From positions 534,952 to 598,951 of the forward strand of contig CAVSEQ010000005.1 of the NCBI GenBank assembly GCA_963727095.1: DNA of 64,000 bases, written 5' to 3'. The position numbers and the translations under genes were made by a program. This stretch comes from Candidatus Aminicenantes bacterium (GTDB lineage Bacteria; Acidobacteriota; Aminicenantia; Aminicenantales; Saccharicenantaceae). This document shows, one piece after another, positions 30,021 through 41,715 of the stretch. How positions within the stretch are numbered: the stretch's first letter is position 1; each line of letters opens with the position of its first letter. The notes under the pieces were generated by a model that saw only the letters and a list, made by a program, of their open reading frames with translations, was not told the DNA's origin and ran no database searches.

Positions 30021-30773
30021 TCAGGATTCGCGGATGGCCTTGCCGTCGATGCCGACGACGACCGTCTTGACCGCCAGCGGCTCGCCCGCGGCCTCGACCG
30101 CCTGCTGAACGAGGCGGAGTAGTCCCGAGCAGCAGGGCACTGTCATGATCGCGACCGTGAGGGACCGCAGGCGGCTCCGCCGGATGATTTCGGCAAGCTT
30201 CTCGACATAGCCGCTGACGTCATCCAGTTTGGGGCAGGCGATGATCAGTTTTTTGCCCCTGAGCAGACTGTTGTGGAAGCCGCCCAGCGCAAATGCCGTG
30301 CAGTCGGCAGCGACGAGGAGGTCGCTCCCTTCAAAATAGGGGGCGAGGGGCGAAACCAGGTGGAGCTGGATGGGCCACTGGCTGAGCTGGGACGGCTCGG
30401 CGCCGGCTGGGGCTTCAGACGCGTCCGGCACGGCGATTTCGCGGGCCTGGCTGCCCGGGCAACCCGTCGCGGGATGAGGGGAGCCGCCCTCGGCGCCATG
30501 AACCCGCGAGGCGGCCTCCCGGCCCCTGGATTTCAGGACATGACCGTAGGCTCTTTTGGCATCATAAGCGGTACTTTCGCGCTCCTCGATGGTGAGGGCG
30601 CCGCTGGGGCAGACGTCGAGACAGGCGCCGAGGCCGTCGCAGAAGATCTCGCGCACGAGCACGGCCTTTCCCTCGGCGTCCAGTTCGAGGGCGCCTTCGG
30701 CACAGGCCGTCGTGCACAGGCTGCAACCGTTGCAAAGCGACCGGTCGATCGAAATAATTTTTCGCTTGGCCAT
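30021..30773 (-). CDS. 2x[4Fe-4S] ferredoxin-domain protein
   Basis: CNGCSLC...C, CDGLGAC...CP, QWPIQL, AADC, ACPKLD, VPCC. Confidence 0.88.
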   Translation of the reverse strand: MAKRKIISIDRSLCNGCSLCTTACAEGALELDAEGKAVLVREIFCDGLGACLDVCPSGALTIEERESTAYDAKRAYGHVLKSRGREAASRVHGAEGGSPHPATGCPGSQAREIAVPDASEAPAGAEPSQLSQWPIQLHLVSPLAPYFEGSDLLVAADCTAFALGGFHNSLLRGKKLIIACPKLDDVSGYVEKLAEIIRRSRLRSLTVAIMTVPCCSGLLRLVQQAVEAAGEPLAVKTVVVGIDGKAIRES

Positions 30774-30867
30774 CTCACCTCTCCTGTGTTTCGTCGGGGC
30801 ACTTCTCTCCGAGCCCATGCATCTATAAGCCCGCATTTTGGGCAGTCCTTTGGCCACTCGTGACCGA

Positions 30868-32133
30868 CTACTGCCCGAATCGGGGGTTCACGACATTGGT
30901 ATAGATCGAGCCGAAGGTGTAACTGATGCCGACGGCCAGGCCGTAGCTGTAGTTTGTCGCCAGCATCTTGCGCTGCAGCAGGATCTCATCGAGCGTCGCT
31001 GCGGCCCGCGGCAGGGAGATCTGATCATGGATGTTTGAATAGCGGCCGCTGAAGTTGATGGCCAGACCACGGAAGAGCTGGAGGGAGACGCCTCCCCAGA
31101 ATTCCAGCCGGTTCTTGCTGAAATCGGTCAGCTCGTTCGACCCCGAGAGCGAAGAGCTGATATTTCCCCAGGGCTCCTTGATGTCCAGCGATACGGACAA
31201 GGTCTGCCCGAGCACACTTTCTTTGGTCTTGAAATAAATCGTCTCTTCATAATACTTGTTGAAGCTGTAGCCGACGCGGTACAGGAACCGCAGCTGGTGG
31301 CGGGTGGATTCGGCGTACGGGAAGAGATTGTACTCGACAGCCGGCGCTGGATTGATGGCCAAGGAGATGTTGCTGTAGGTCGTGGAATAAACCGAAAGCC
31401 ATCCCCCCACGGACCAGTGATCGGTCAGGCTGACGACATATAAGGCCCCGAAGCTCTCGCTGTCGGCCGACGAAAAGATCGTCCCTTCATCCAGGACGAA
31501 CTTGCTGGTATTGACGTTTCCCGACAGGCCCATCCGGAGTTTCTGCTTGGGCGTCACCCTGTTTGCGGAGAACCAGCCGCTGAGAGAGGCGAAATCCTTG
31601 GACTGTTCACCGCTCAGGCTGCCGGAGGCGCCGAGGCTGAACACCCACGAGTTCCAGGAATCTTCCGCCACCTCCGGTTGCACTTTCCTGTCGAAATTGA
31701 TGTTGAGAAAATCTCCGACGGCCGTCTTGGCGGCATAAGGGACGAGGCCCATCTTCAAGACGCGAACCAGCCCCCGGCGTTGCTCGTCGTCCGAATCGGT
31801 CTGGTTGGAGACGTATTTGAGGATGTTCCGGATATCGTAGTAGACGTTCTGACCCATGAAATTCAGGGTGTACTCGCGGCCTCCGCCCCCCGTCGCGTCA
31901 ATCGTCACCAGGATATGGACGTCGGCAGTCTTGCGGTCCCTGACGAAATTCACGAAGGTGATTTCCCGGCGGATATAATCCATGTCGCATTGGTGACAGT
32001 CGAGAAACACTTTGGGCGCCTGCTGCTTGAGGCGCTCGGCGGACGCATCCGGCTGCTGCGCGCCGGCCGAAACAGGGAGGAAAAATAAAAGCGCTCCCGT
32101 CAAGGTAAGCAGGACGTCACGGACCTTCGTCAT
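30868..32133 (-). CDS. Putative outer-membrane beta-barrel protein
   Basis: Signal peptide; alternating aromatic/Gly/Ser strands; C-terminal SYTFGSIYTNVVNPRF. Confidence 0.7.
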   Translation of the reverse strand: MTKVRDVLLTLTGALLFFLPVSAGAQQPDASAERLKQQAPKVFLDCHQCDMDYIRREITFVNFVRDRKTADVHILVTIDATGGGGREYTLNFMGQNVYYDIRNILKYVSNQTDSDDEQRRGLVRVLKMGLVPYAAKTAVGDFLNINFDRKVQPEVAEDSWNSWVFSLGASGSLSGEQSKDFASLSGWFSANRVTPKQKLRMGLSGNVNTSKFVLDEGTIFSSADSESFGALYVVSLTDHWSVGGWLSVYSTTYSNISLAINPAPAVEYNLFPYAESTRHQLRFLYRVGYSFNKYYEETIYFKTKESVLGQTLSVSLDIKEPWGNISSSLSGSNELTDFSKNRLEFWGGVSLQLFRGLAINFSGRYSNIHDQISLPRAAATLDEILLQRKMLATNYSYGLAVGISYTFGSIYTNVVNPRFGQ

Positions 32134-32258
32134 GGCCGGTCTCCTTAGCCGTGTTCCGTCATGAGCAGGCCGGGGGCAGGAACGAGGCGGGGTCAGCGCT
32201 CTGCCGCGGCGCGAACCGCTCGTGAACGGGTTATATTAACAAATCTCGCCCGAAAATT

Positions 32259-32696
32259 CTAGACTCCCGCGGGCCCCCGGGGAGGCCCGGATGAGGCCAG
32301 CCGCATCCTTTCGTGGGATTTCCCGGCTCCGAACCACTCTTGCGCTCCGCGGCCCAGGAGCCCGAGAAGGATGAATATCCCGAGGACCGTGCCGACGGGG
32401 AAAAGGGGAAGCATAAGGACGCCGAGCAGGATTCCCAGCACCCGGCCCCAGGGCCTCCCTTTGGCCACTCCGGCCGCGGTGATAAGCTCGACGATGCCGA
32501 CGGCGGCCGCCAGCCCAAACAACACGAACCCCAATGTTCCGAGAAGCGCGCTCCCCAGAAGGCCGTATCGCTCGCCGCTTAAGCCCACAAACGAGGACCC
32601 GATGATCAGGATGAAGAGAAGCACACCGGCCGTGGCCAGCTTTAAGCAGCCGGCGACGATCAGGCAGGTCCGGGCGGTCTTGACGTTTTCGGGCAT
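32259..32696 (-). CDS. Small integral membrane protein
   Basis: Four hydrophobic segments; PWGR and FPVGT motifs; GGAGG RBS. Confidence 0.7.
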   Translation of the reverse strand: MPENVKTARTCLIVAGCLKLATAGVLLFILIIGSSFVGLSGERYGLLGSALLGTLGFVLFGLAAAVGIVELITAAGVAKGRPWGRVLGILLGVLMLPLFPVGTVLGIFILLGLLGRGAQEWFGAGKSHERMRLASSGPPRGPAGV

Positions 32697-32867
32697 GGCC
32701 TTCCTCCTGGGATATCGTGTGCGCCCATTGTATTACAGGCGGCCCAGCGGGGACAATGCCCCGGCCCCCGAAATCCGCGAAACTTCGATCCAAGGTGGAT
32801 TCTTTCCGGCGCTTTAACATATAATACCCTGAGCCGGCGGTTGTCCGGCCCTAATAAGGAGGTTTTC

Positions 32868-33593
32868 ATGAAAAGATTGTTCGCCGTTCTCGCTATTTTC
32901 CTGGCGTTCGGCGCCGTTCTCCGTGCCGACATCTACATCAAGTCCAATGTCCACACGGACCCCATGTCGATGATGGGCCAGAATCAGCCCGCCCGCGATA
33001 ATGTCCAGGAAGTATGGATGGGGAAGGACATGATCGCCACGATCACGTCGGCATCGATCGTCCTCCTCGACTTCAAGAACAACAAAATGGATATGATCAT
33101 GCCGGCCTCCAAAACTTATGTCGAAACGGCGCTGCCGCTGGACTTCAGCAAACTCTTGCCGCCCCAGGTCGCCCAGATGATGTCGTCTATGAAAAGCTCG
33201 GTAACGATTACGCCCAACGGCCAGACAAAACAGATCGGACAATGGAAGTGCAAGGGATACGACGCGGCAATTTCCATGATGATGATGACGGGCAAGCAAA
33301 TCCTCTGGGCCACCACGGACGTGCCCTTTGACCCCAAGGTTTACATGGAAAAGGCCTACGGCACTCTGCTCAAGACCCAGATGTTCGATGAGACCGCCGT
33401 CAAGGAATACGCGAAGGTCGAAGGCTTCGTTGTCGCATCAGAAATGACCATGCAAGCGATGGGCAGCACGATCCACACGACAACGCAGGTCGCGGAGATC
33501 GCCAAGAAGACCCCGCCAGCAGGCGTCTACGCCGTCCCGGCCGGTTTCCAGAAAACCGACACGCTTTCGATGCAGGATTTGCAGAAAAGATAG
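32868..33593 (+). CDS. Exported DUF4412-like protein
   Basis: Signal peptide; TKQIGQWKCKGY; YAVPAGF; AAGGAGG RBS. Confidence 0.75.
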   Translation: MKRLFAVLAIFLAFGAVLRADIYIKSNVHTDPMSMMGQNQPARDNVQEVWMGKDMIATITSASIVLLDFKNNKMDMIMPASKTYVETALPLDFSKLLPPQVAQMMSSMKSSVTITPNGQTKQIGQWKCKGYDAAISMMMMTGKQILWATTDVPFDPKVYMEKAYGTLLKTQMFDETAVKEYAKVEGFVVASEMTMQAMGSTIHTTTQVAEIAKKTPPAGVYAVPAGFQKTDTLSMQDLQKR

Positions 33594-33630
33594 CCGGACC
33601 GTATCCCGCTCGAGCGCGGGCCGATCGGAT

Positions 33631-34356
33631 ATGGACAAGATCGACCGATTGAACCCACTCCTCGAGGTCCTCAAGTCATCGCCCGACAGGATCAACAAGA
33701 TCTTCGTCCAGAAGGAACGGGGACCGAACCGGATCGGCGAGGTCATCCGTCTGGCGCGCGCCAAATCCATCCCTTTTGTCTTCGTCCCCAGGCAGAAGCT
33801 CGATGAGATCGCACCGCATCACCAGGGCGTGCTGGCCGAGATCGCGCCCAAGGCCTTTTCCTCGCTCGAGGACATCCTGGCCGCTTCAGAGAAGCCCTTT
33901 CTCGTCCTTCTCGACGAGGTCGAGGACCCTCAGAACCTCGGCGCCGTCATCCGAAGCGCCGAAGGGGCCGCCGTCGACGGCATCGTGCTGCCGGAAAGGC
34001 GATCGGCCGGATTGACCGAGACCGTGGCCACCGTTTCCGCCGGCGCCCTGGAGCATCTGAAGGTCGCCCGCGTTACGAACCTCGCCCGCGCCATCGACGA
34101 ACTCAAGCGACGGGGAGTTTGGGTGGTCGGGGCTGAAGGGACCGCCCGCGAGCCCTGGTACGCCTTCGACTACACCCAGCCTGTTGCCATTGTCCTGGGG
34201 TCGGAGGGGCGTGGCCTGCGGCCTGTCGTCAGCAAGGCCTGCGACATTCTGCTGGCCATACCGTTGGCCGGCAAAATCAACTCGCTGAATGTCGCGTCGG
34301 CCGCCTCCGTTTTCCTTTTCGAGGTCGTCCGCCAGCGGCGCCTGCAGCCGGGGTGA
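33631..34356 (+). CDS. rlmB: 23S rRNA Gm2251 methyltransferase (SPOUT)
   Basis: HQGV, EDPQNLGA..R, GSEG.G, SLNVA. Confidence 0.9.
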   Translation: MDKIDRLNPLLEVLKSSPDRINKIFVQKERGPNRIGEVIRLARAKSIPFVFVPRQKLDEIAPHHQGVLAEIAPKAFSSLEDILAASEKPFLVLLDEVEDPQNLGAVIRSAEGAAVDGIVLPERRSAGLTETVATVSAGALEHLKVARVTNLARAIDELKRRGVWVVGAEGTAREPWYAFDYTQPVAIVLGSEGRGLRPVVSKACDILLAIPLAGKINSLNVASAASVFLFEVVRQRRLQPG

Positions 34357-34407
34357 GCGGCATGACCAAGCCAGACTGGGGCAGAAAAGATGGCGCAGGG
34401 GCGTTCT

Positions 34408-34534
34408 CGGAGGAAGGCGTGGAAAGGCCGAGGGGGCACGGACCCCGCCCTAGCGGCGGGGGACCGAGGCCTTTCCCCGAGCGGGTTTGACTCGCCGGGG
34501 CAAACCCGCGACCTGACGGAGAGAATGCCCCGAG
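34408..34534 (+). repeat. Short member of the palindromic mosaic family
   Basis: GGAGGAAGGCGTGGAAAGGCCGAG module plus 35-bp hairpin module at 34481-34515. Confidence 0.8.
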
Positions 34535-34591
34535 CTCGAACCTACGATAAGCCCGCGGGTCGATTCCCGGGGGAAGGCGTTGAGGCGCGGC

Positions 34592-34620
34592 TTGACATGG
34601 TTTGGCCTCGCCCCTAGAAT
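34592..34620 (+). promoter_or_regulatory. Sigma70 promoter for accA-hisS-aspS
   Basis: TTGACA-17 bp-TAGAAT. Confidence 0.75.
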
Positions 34621-34640
34621 AAGCAAGGAAATGTAACCCG

Positions 34641-35608
<968 letters not shown>

Positions 35609-35612
<4 letters not shown>

Positions 35613-36874
35613 CCGAGGACCCCTCCCCCAAAAAAGAGCTCGGCGCCATCAAGGGCACGCGCGATATCCTCCCCAAGGAAGTCGAGTGCTGGCGGGCGGC
35701 GGAGTCCGCCGCACGGTCCATCTTCGAACGTTACGGCTACCGCGAACTCCGGGCCCCTATGTTTGAAGCCACGGAGCTTTTCGAGAAGGGCACCGGCCAG
35801 ACATCGGACATCGTTATGAAAGAAATGTACACGTTCACCGATAAGGGGGGAAGGTCGATCACGCTGCGCCCCGAGTATACGCCGTCCGTCGTCCGGGCCA
35901 TCATCGAGCACCGCCTCGACCTGCAGCCGGAACCCATGCGTTATTACTACGTGGGTCCTATGTTCCGCTATGACAAACCCCAAAAAGGCCGCTTCCGGCA
36001 GTTCCATCAGATCGATATCGAGGTTTTCGGCGAGAAGGACCCGGCGATCGACGCCGAAATCATCGATATGGCCCACACGCTTCTCGGCGAACTTCATGTC
36101 CCGGGCGCGGAAACGTTTGTCAATTCCGTCGGGGATCGGACCTGCCGGCCGGCCTATGGCCAGGCCCTTCGCGAGGCGGCACGACGCCGGCTGCCTGACC
36201 TTTGCGAGGACTGCCGGAGGAAGGCGGAGACCAACCCGTTGCGAATCTTCGACTGTAAGCTCGAGGCCTGCCAGGAAGTGGCGCGGTCCTTTCCGATCAT
36301 TCTCGACTTTCTCTGCGACGAATGCCGCGATCATTTCAAGAAGCTTCTCGGCTACCTCGACCTCCTTCAAGTCCCCTACCGGGTGGAGCCGCGCCTGGTC
36401 AGAGGCCTCGATTACTATACGAAAACGACTTTTGAGATCGTCTCGGGCAGCCTCGGCGCCCAAAACGCTCTCCTCGGCGGGGGGCGGTACGACGACATGA
36501 TGAAGGATTTCGGCGGCCCCGACATCTGCGGCATCGGTTTCGCCATGGGTATGGAAAGGCTTTTGTCCGTGGCCGACATCGCTCCCGAAAAAAGGAATTT
36601 CCTCTACCTCGCCTATCTTGGCGAAGAAGCAAAGAGGGCCGGCCTCGAACTGGCCCGCTTTTTCAGGCGAAACGGCGTCGAATGCCTTATCGAATTCAAG
36701 GACCGCGGCATGAAGGCCCACTTCGGCAGGGCCAACAAGCTCGAGGCCGCCTGGGTCCTTGCGGTCGGCGAGGACGAGCTCCGGAAGGCGCGCTATGGGC
36801 TCAAGGAGATGGCCACGGGCCGGCAGGTCGAAGGCAACCGGGATGAGCTCCTGGCCGTGCTCCGAGGCCGATAG
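35609..36874 (+). CDS. hisS: Histidine--tRNA ligase
   Basis: KGTRD, LRPEYT, GRFRQFHQ, LVRGLDYY, GGGRYD. Confidence 0.97.
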
Positions 36875-36889
36875 CCGTTGGGGAATGCC

Positions 36890-38659
36890 ATGAACCAGCA
36901 CGATCCTGTTCCTGCCAATCTGAAGCGTACGGTCTACTGCGGCGCGCTCAGGGCCGCCGATGAAGGCCGTGACGTCGTCCTCGCCGGATGGGTCCAGCGC
37001 GTCCGCGACATCGGCAACCTTGTTTTCGTCGACCTCCGTGACCGGGAGGGCATCGTCCAGGCGGTCGTTTCAACCGACAGGCCCGACCTGCTCGAAGCGG
37101 CAAAAAAACTGCGTCCCGAATATGTCGTCGCCGTGAAGGGCATCGTCAGGAAGCGCGATGCGAAGTCCAGGAACACCCACATGGCGACGGGCGAAATCGA
37201 AGTCGCCGCATCAGCCCTGAAGGTCATAGCCGCGGCCAAGGTCCCACCGTTCGTCGTCGCCGACCCGGCCCAGGCCTCCGACGAGCTGAGGTTCAAGTAT
37301 CGCTATCTCGACCTGCGCCGCGCCTCCATGCAGAGCAACTTCCTCCTGCGCCATCGGGCCGCCCTGGCCGTCAGGAACTATATGGATGCCCAGGGCTTTC
37401 TCGAAATCGAGACGCCTTTCCTCGGCAAGTCCACGCCCGAAGGCGCCCGCGATTACCTCGTGCCGAGCCGGATCTACAAAGGGCGGTTCTATGCCCTGCC
37501 GCAGTCTCCGCAGCTTTTCAAGCAACTGCTCATGATCTCGGGCTTCGACCGGTACTTCCAGATCGCCCGTTGTTTCCGTGACGAGGACCTGCGGGCCGAC
37601 CGACAGCCGGAGTTCACGCAGGTCGACATCGAGATGAGTTTCGCCGAGCCGGAGAGCATCTTCAGCCTTATCGAAGGACTCATGGTTTCGGTATTTGAGT
37701 TGATCGGCGAAAAAATCGAGACCCCTTTCCCGCGGCTGTCTTACCAAGAGAGCCAGGATAAATACGGCTCCGACAAACCGGATCTGCGCGCCGGCATGGA
37801 GATCCGCGACCTGGCGGCTCTAGCGCCGGGGCTCGGCTCCGAGATCATACAAAAAGCCCTGGATGCCGGCGGGGTCTTGAAGGGTCTGGCCGTCAAAGGC
37901 GCCGGCGGCTGGTCGAGGTCTCAGTTCGACAAGCTCAACGACAAAGCCAAGAATCTCGGGGCCCAGGGAATCTTTTGGGCGAAAAGGGCCGGAGGCTGGA
38001 AGTCCTCCCTCAAAGTCGCCGAGTCAGGACTGGCCCTCATCTGGGATGCCATGGGGGCAGGAGAATCCGACCTCGTGCTCCTCGCCGCAGGAAAAAGGGA
38101 GATGAGCCTCAAGGTCCTCGGCGAGATCCGCAAAGGGTTGATCCCTGAAGCGGTCGAAGGGAAAAAGCTCTTCCGTTTCGTCTGGATCACCGACTTTCCG
38201 CTTTTCGACTGGAGCGAGGAAGAGGGCCGGCTGGTGGCCATGCACCATCCGTTTACGTCTCCTCACTTGGAAGATCTGCCGCTTCTCGAGACCGAGCCGG
38301 GTAAGGTCCGGGCCAGGGCCTATGATGTTGTCCTCAACGGTTACGAGCTCGGCGGCGGGTCCATCAGGATTCACGACATCGACGTCCAGAAACGGGTTTT
38401 CGCCGCCCTCGGAATGACCGAGAAAGAGGCCGAGGACAGGTTCGGATTCTTTCTCGAAGCCCTGCGTTACGGAGCTCCTCCGCATGGCGGCGTCGCTTTG
38501 GGATTCGACCGCCTCGTCATGCTTTTGGCGGGTGAAGAATCGCTGCGGGAAGTCATCGCCTTTCCTAAGACGACCAGCGCCTATGATCTCATGACCGGTT
38601 CGCCGTCCGAAGTGTCCGAACGCCAGCTCGACGAGCTGGGCCTAAAACCAAAATCATAA
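36890..38659 (+). CDS. aspS: Aspartate--tRNA ligase
   Basis: YRYLDLRR, TPEGARD, CFRDEDLRADRQPEF, HHPFT, PPHGG. Confidence 0.97.
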   Translation: MNQHDPVPANLKRTVYCGALRAADEGRDVVLAGWVQRVRDIGNLVFVDLRDREGIVQAVVSTDRPDLLEAAKKLRPEYVVAVKGIVRKRDAKSRNTHMATGEIEVAASALKVIAAAKVPPFVVADPAQASDELRFKYRYLDLRRASMQSNFLLRHRAALAVRNYMDAQGFLEIETPFLGKSTPEGARDYLVPSRIYKGRFYALPQSPQLFKQLLMISGFDRYFQIARCFRDEDLRADRQPEFTQVDIEMSFAEPESIFSLIEGLMVSVFELIGEKIETPFPRLSYQESQDKYGSDKPDLRAGMEIRDLAALAPGLGSEIIQKALDAGGVLKGLAVKGAGGWSRSQFDKLNDKAKNLGAQGIFWAKRAGGWKSSLKVAESGLALIWDAMGAGESDLVLLAAGKREMSLKVLGEIRKGLIPEAVEGKKLFRFVWITDFPLFDWSEEEGRLVAMHHPFTSPHLEDLPLLETEPGKVRARAYDVVLNGYELGGGSIRIHDIDVQKRVFAALGMTEKEAEDRFGFFLEALRYGAPPHGGVALGFDRLVMLLAGEESLREVIAFPKTTSAYDLMTGSPSEVSERQLDELGLKPKS

Positions 38660-38694
38660 CAGATGCCGAGCGGCGAAAAGTGAGGATTGCGCCG

Positions 38695-38997
38695 ATGGCC
38701 AGCGGATACATCATCATCAAGCAGAATCAATACATGCGGCTGTTCAAGAAGGCGGGAGCGACGGACCCCGGTCATGCTCGGCCGACGGCCGACCTCGGCT
38801 TCCGCGAGACGCGCCTTTTCCGGCGGATGGTGGAGAGGCGGGTGTTTGTCGCCGTGGGCGGCGGCGCCTATTACATCGACCTGTCTGCCGCGAGGGAATT
38901 TGTCGTCCGGCGGCGGAAACGGGCTCTCGTCGCATTGGCTCTGGTGTTGGCCGTCGTTCTGGCCCTATTCGTTTTCGGCCGAACAGTTTTCAGATAA
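38695..38997 (+). CDS. Small hypothetical protein with C-terminal membrane anchor
   Basis: Basic ~75-aa domain then a hydrophobic helix; fills the gap after aspS. Confidence 0.6.
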   Translation: MASGYIIIKQNQYMRLFKKAGATDPGHARPTADLGFRETRLFRRMVERRVFVAVGGGAYYIDLSAAREFVVRRRKRALVALALVLAVVLALFVFGRTVFR

Positions 38998-39079
38998 AAT
39001 CCCACTCCCTTTGCGAAAGAGATTTGCGGCATAGCGCCGGAGACGTCCGAACCCTGCCCGAGAGGCCGCGCCGAACGCG

Positions 39080-41653
39080 TCAGGCCGAACGCTCCCTGTA
39101 CCGCCGGGTTTCGGCGATGACCGCCCCGATCGCGGCCAGCACGCTGAAGAGAAAAACGTACCACAAGGACTTCGCCACCAGCGTCCCGGCGGCTTGCGCG
39201 GCGCCGTAGAGCTCGGGCAAGAATGTGTTGCCGAGCGCGCACAGGAGTCCCGTCAGAGCGCCGCTCGCCGTTCCCAACGCGATCCGGCGGCCAAGGCTCG
39301 CTCCACCCGCGCCGATGGCAACGAAGGCAGCCACAAAAACCGGCACCCAAAGCGCGATCCACCAGATGTGTTTGAGGGCCGGCACCGTCCCGGCCGTCTT
39401 GAACCAGCCGTAGTCCAAACCGGCCAGCAATGCCGCCCCGGCCAGAGCCCAGGCCGGAGCATGCGCGTAACGCGGGCTCAGGTCCTTTCGCGCCTCCGCC
39501 CGCAGCCGGATGCGGCGCCTGATCGTCAGAGGGAAGTTATAAAAGGTGTCGAACACGAAATGCTCGAGCCAGGCGCCTTTTTCGCCGAAGATCGGGACGA
39601 TATGGACCGCGCTCGTCGCCCAGTGGGCGGCCATGAACCGGGCCAGGTCCGGATACCGGTAGGCCATCTGAATCGGGAACGCCAGGTAGCCGATATACTT
39701 GAAGAAGCTCAACCCGAAAGCGATGCTGTAATCCTTGAAATTCCGTTCCCGGAGGATGAGCGACGTCGTGTAGATTCCGCGCGCCAGCGAGCCGGGCGAG
39801 ATGGGGATGATTTGGAAAATGCCGAAGATGACCCCCGTCGTCAGGGTCGCCTGCTGCCAGGTCAGTTCCGGATGCAAGCGAACATAAATAAAGGCGACGA
39901 TGAGCGCGACGACGTGCGTCGTCGGCATGAGCAGGAGATGGATGGCCAGGCTCTTCAGATATTTCTGGATGAACGGCTCTTTGAGCTGGCCCGTAATATG
40001 GGCCGCCTCCTCGGGCGTCAGCATGCCGTTTCGTTCGCCCGCAGCCACCATATCGCGCAGCCATTTCTCTCGGGCGGCCGGGTCGAAGTATAGTCGGAAG
40101 GGCCTGACGAAAACAAACGATAAACGGGCCTTAAAGTAGGTTTTGTCCGTAAGAAACCGGTGGAGCCCGGCGGGGAGGACCGAAAGCGGCAGGTGAAGAA
40201 AGTACCGCCATGGCTTCTGGGCGATACGCAGGGCGCGCTGGTCGGAAACACGGCCGGACCGCACCCAGCGTATGAGGGTCTCGGCGATGCGGGCCCGGAC
40301 CGCCCGCAGAAAATAGCGCGGGCTCGTGCGCATCCGGCCGTAGTGCCGCCTCAGGTCTGCGCGGCCCAAAAGGCGCCTGAGGAATGGCGTGAGGAGCGGC
40401 AGCGCCCACACGGGATAGAGCCACCACGTCCGCCCGGGCCAAGCGAATATGAACAGAGCGGGTGTCGCCAGCGGAACGAACGCCAGGAGGAGGAAGAGAA
40501 GCGAAAGGAGCCCGCTCCGATCGAGCCGGGCCGACGCTGTGTCGTCCGTCATGTTGCGGACGCGCCAGCTTTCGCGAAACCCGGACATGACGGCCCGGCG
40601 AAGTTTGGCGCCGAACAGCCGCACGTGATGATACGTGATATCGACGAGCGAATCCCGGTAGGACTTGTCCTCACGTTTAAGCTCTTCCAGGCCGCCCGTC
40701 ATGGTCGCGAACTCTGCCGGATGAATCTTCGCGTAATCTTCGAGCCGGCCGGTATCTCCCTTGTCGAACTGGACCAGCCGGCCCCGGCCGATGCCGCGGA
40801 AGATGAGCTTGAAGTCCGCCGGACACTGCGGCAGGAAGGGCATCAGGGCCATGCCGGCCCTGAAGTCTACGGCGACGAGTCCTCGCCGCGGGTCGGGGTC
40901 GCTCGCCGTGCGCTTCATGGAATTGGGCTGGCTTTTGAGCGACCACCATTCGTATTGACGGGCCAGCTCCTCGGCGCCGATCTCACGCATCAACCGGACC
41001 ATGCGCACCATGAAGGCGTGCTTTGTCCTGTATTCCGGCGATCCGGCGCCGGCCTCGCTCATGCCGGGGCGCCATCGGCGGCGGGCGTCGAGGTCGTCAT
41101 CCACCTCGAGGCGCCACATCCGGCCTGGAATCCACTCGCTGATTTCACCGTAACTGCCGAGCCGGCGATCGATCAACGTTGCGTGAATGTCGGCGATGGC
41201 GTCGTCGCTGCCGAACTCGGCCAGCGCCGCCCGGCGGATGAACTTCTGCCAAATCGCCTGTGAGCGCCCGGCAGAGGCAAGACTCTGGAGGGAGAAAGGG
41301 GCCTGAAAAGCGACGCCGTAAAACAGGTTGCGGACGCGCCGGGCGAACCCTGAAACGGGCACGAGAATTTTAAGGGCATAGACGCGATCCGGCTCAAGTC
41401 CGGAAACCCGCCCGGCAAGGTTTTCGATGGCCAAAAGTCGGACCCGGTAAACCTGGCCGGCGTATCCGCCCCCGGCGTACGACTCGATCTCGAAACGGCC
41501 GCGCGCCAGCCCGTCGGGGAGGACGCTTCGAAGGTCGTATTCCAGGATCGTTCCAGGCTCATACCGGGTGGCATGGATCGGCTTTTGGATCTCCTGATCG
41601 GCGAAGACCTTTTCGAGAGCGCGGAGAGTTTCGATCTGATGCATCTTTGGCAT
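39080..41653 (-). CDS. Large hypothetical: protein-kinase-like N-terminal domain fused to a multi-pass membrane region
   Basis: GGGYAGQVY, YALKIL, SEWIPG, LKSQPN, VAVDF, then many hydrophobic helices. Confidence 0.7.
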   Translation of the reverse strand: MPKMHQIETLRALEKVFADQEIQKPIHATRYEPGTILEYDLRSVLPDGLARGRFEIESYAGGGYAGQVYRVRLLAIENLAGRVSGLEPDRVYALKILVPVSGFARRVRNLFYGVAFQAPFSLQSLASAGRSQAIWQKFIRRAALAEFGSDDAIADIHATLIDRRLGSYGEISEWIPGRMWRLEVDDDLDARRRWRPGMSEAGAGSPEYRTKHAFMVRMVRLMREIGAEELARQYEWWSLKSQPNSMKRTASDPDPRRGLVAVDFRAGMALMPFLPQCPADFKLIFRGIGRGRLVQFDKGDTGRLEDYAKIHPAEFATMTGGLEELKREDKSYRDSLVDITYHHVRLFGAKLRRAVMSGFRESWRVRNMTDDTASARLDRSGLLSLLFLLLAFVPLATPALFIFAWPGRTWWLYPVWALPLLTPFLRRLLGRADLRRHYGRMRTSPRYFLRAVRARIAETLIRWVRSGRVSDQRALRIAQKPWRYFLHLPLSVLPAGLHRFLTDKTYFKARLSFVFVRPFRLYFDPAAREKWLRDMVAAGERNGMLTPEEAAHITGQLKEPFIQKYLKSLAIHLLLMPTTHVVALIVAFIYVRLHPELTWQQATLTTGVIFGIFQIIPISPGSLARGIYTTSLILRERNFKDYSIAFGLSFFKYIGYLAFPIQMAYRYPDLARFMAAHWATSAVHIVPIFGEKGAWLEHFVFDTFYNFPLTIRRRIRLRAEARKDLSPRYAHAPAWALAGAALLAGLDYGWFKTAGTVPALKHIWWIALWVPVFVAAFVAIGAGGASLGRRIALGTASGALTGLLCALGNTFLPELYGAAQAAGTLVAKSLWYVFLFSVLAAIGAVIAETRRYRERSA

Positions 41654-41715
41654 GAAAGTTCTGCCGGAGAGGCCGCCGCCGGCCTCCGCTCGGAAACGTC
41701 ATCCCTGCCCGATAA

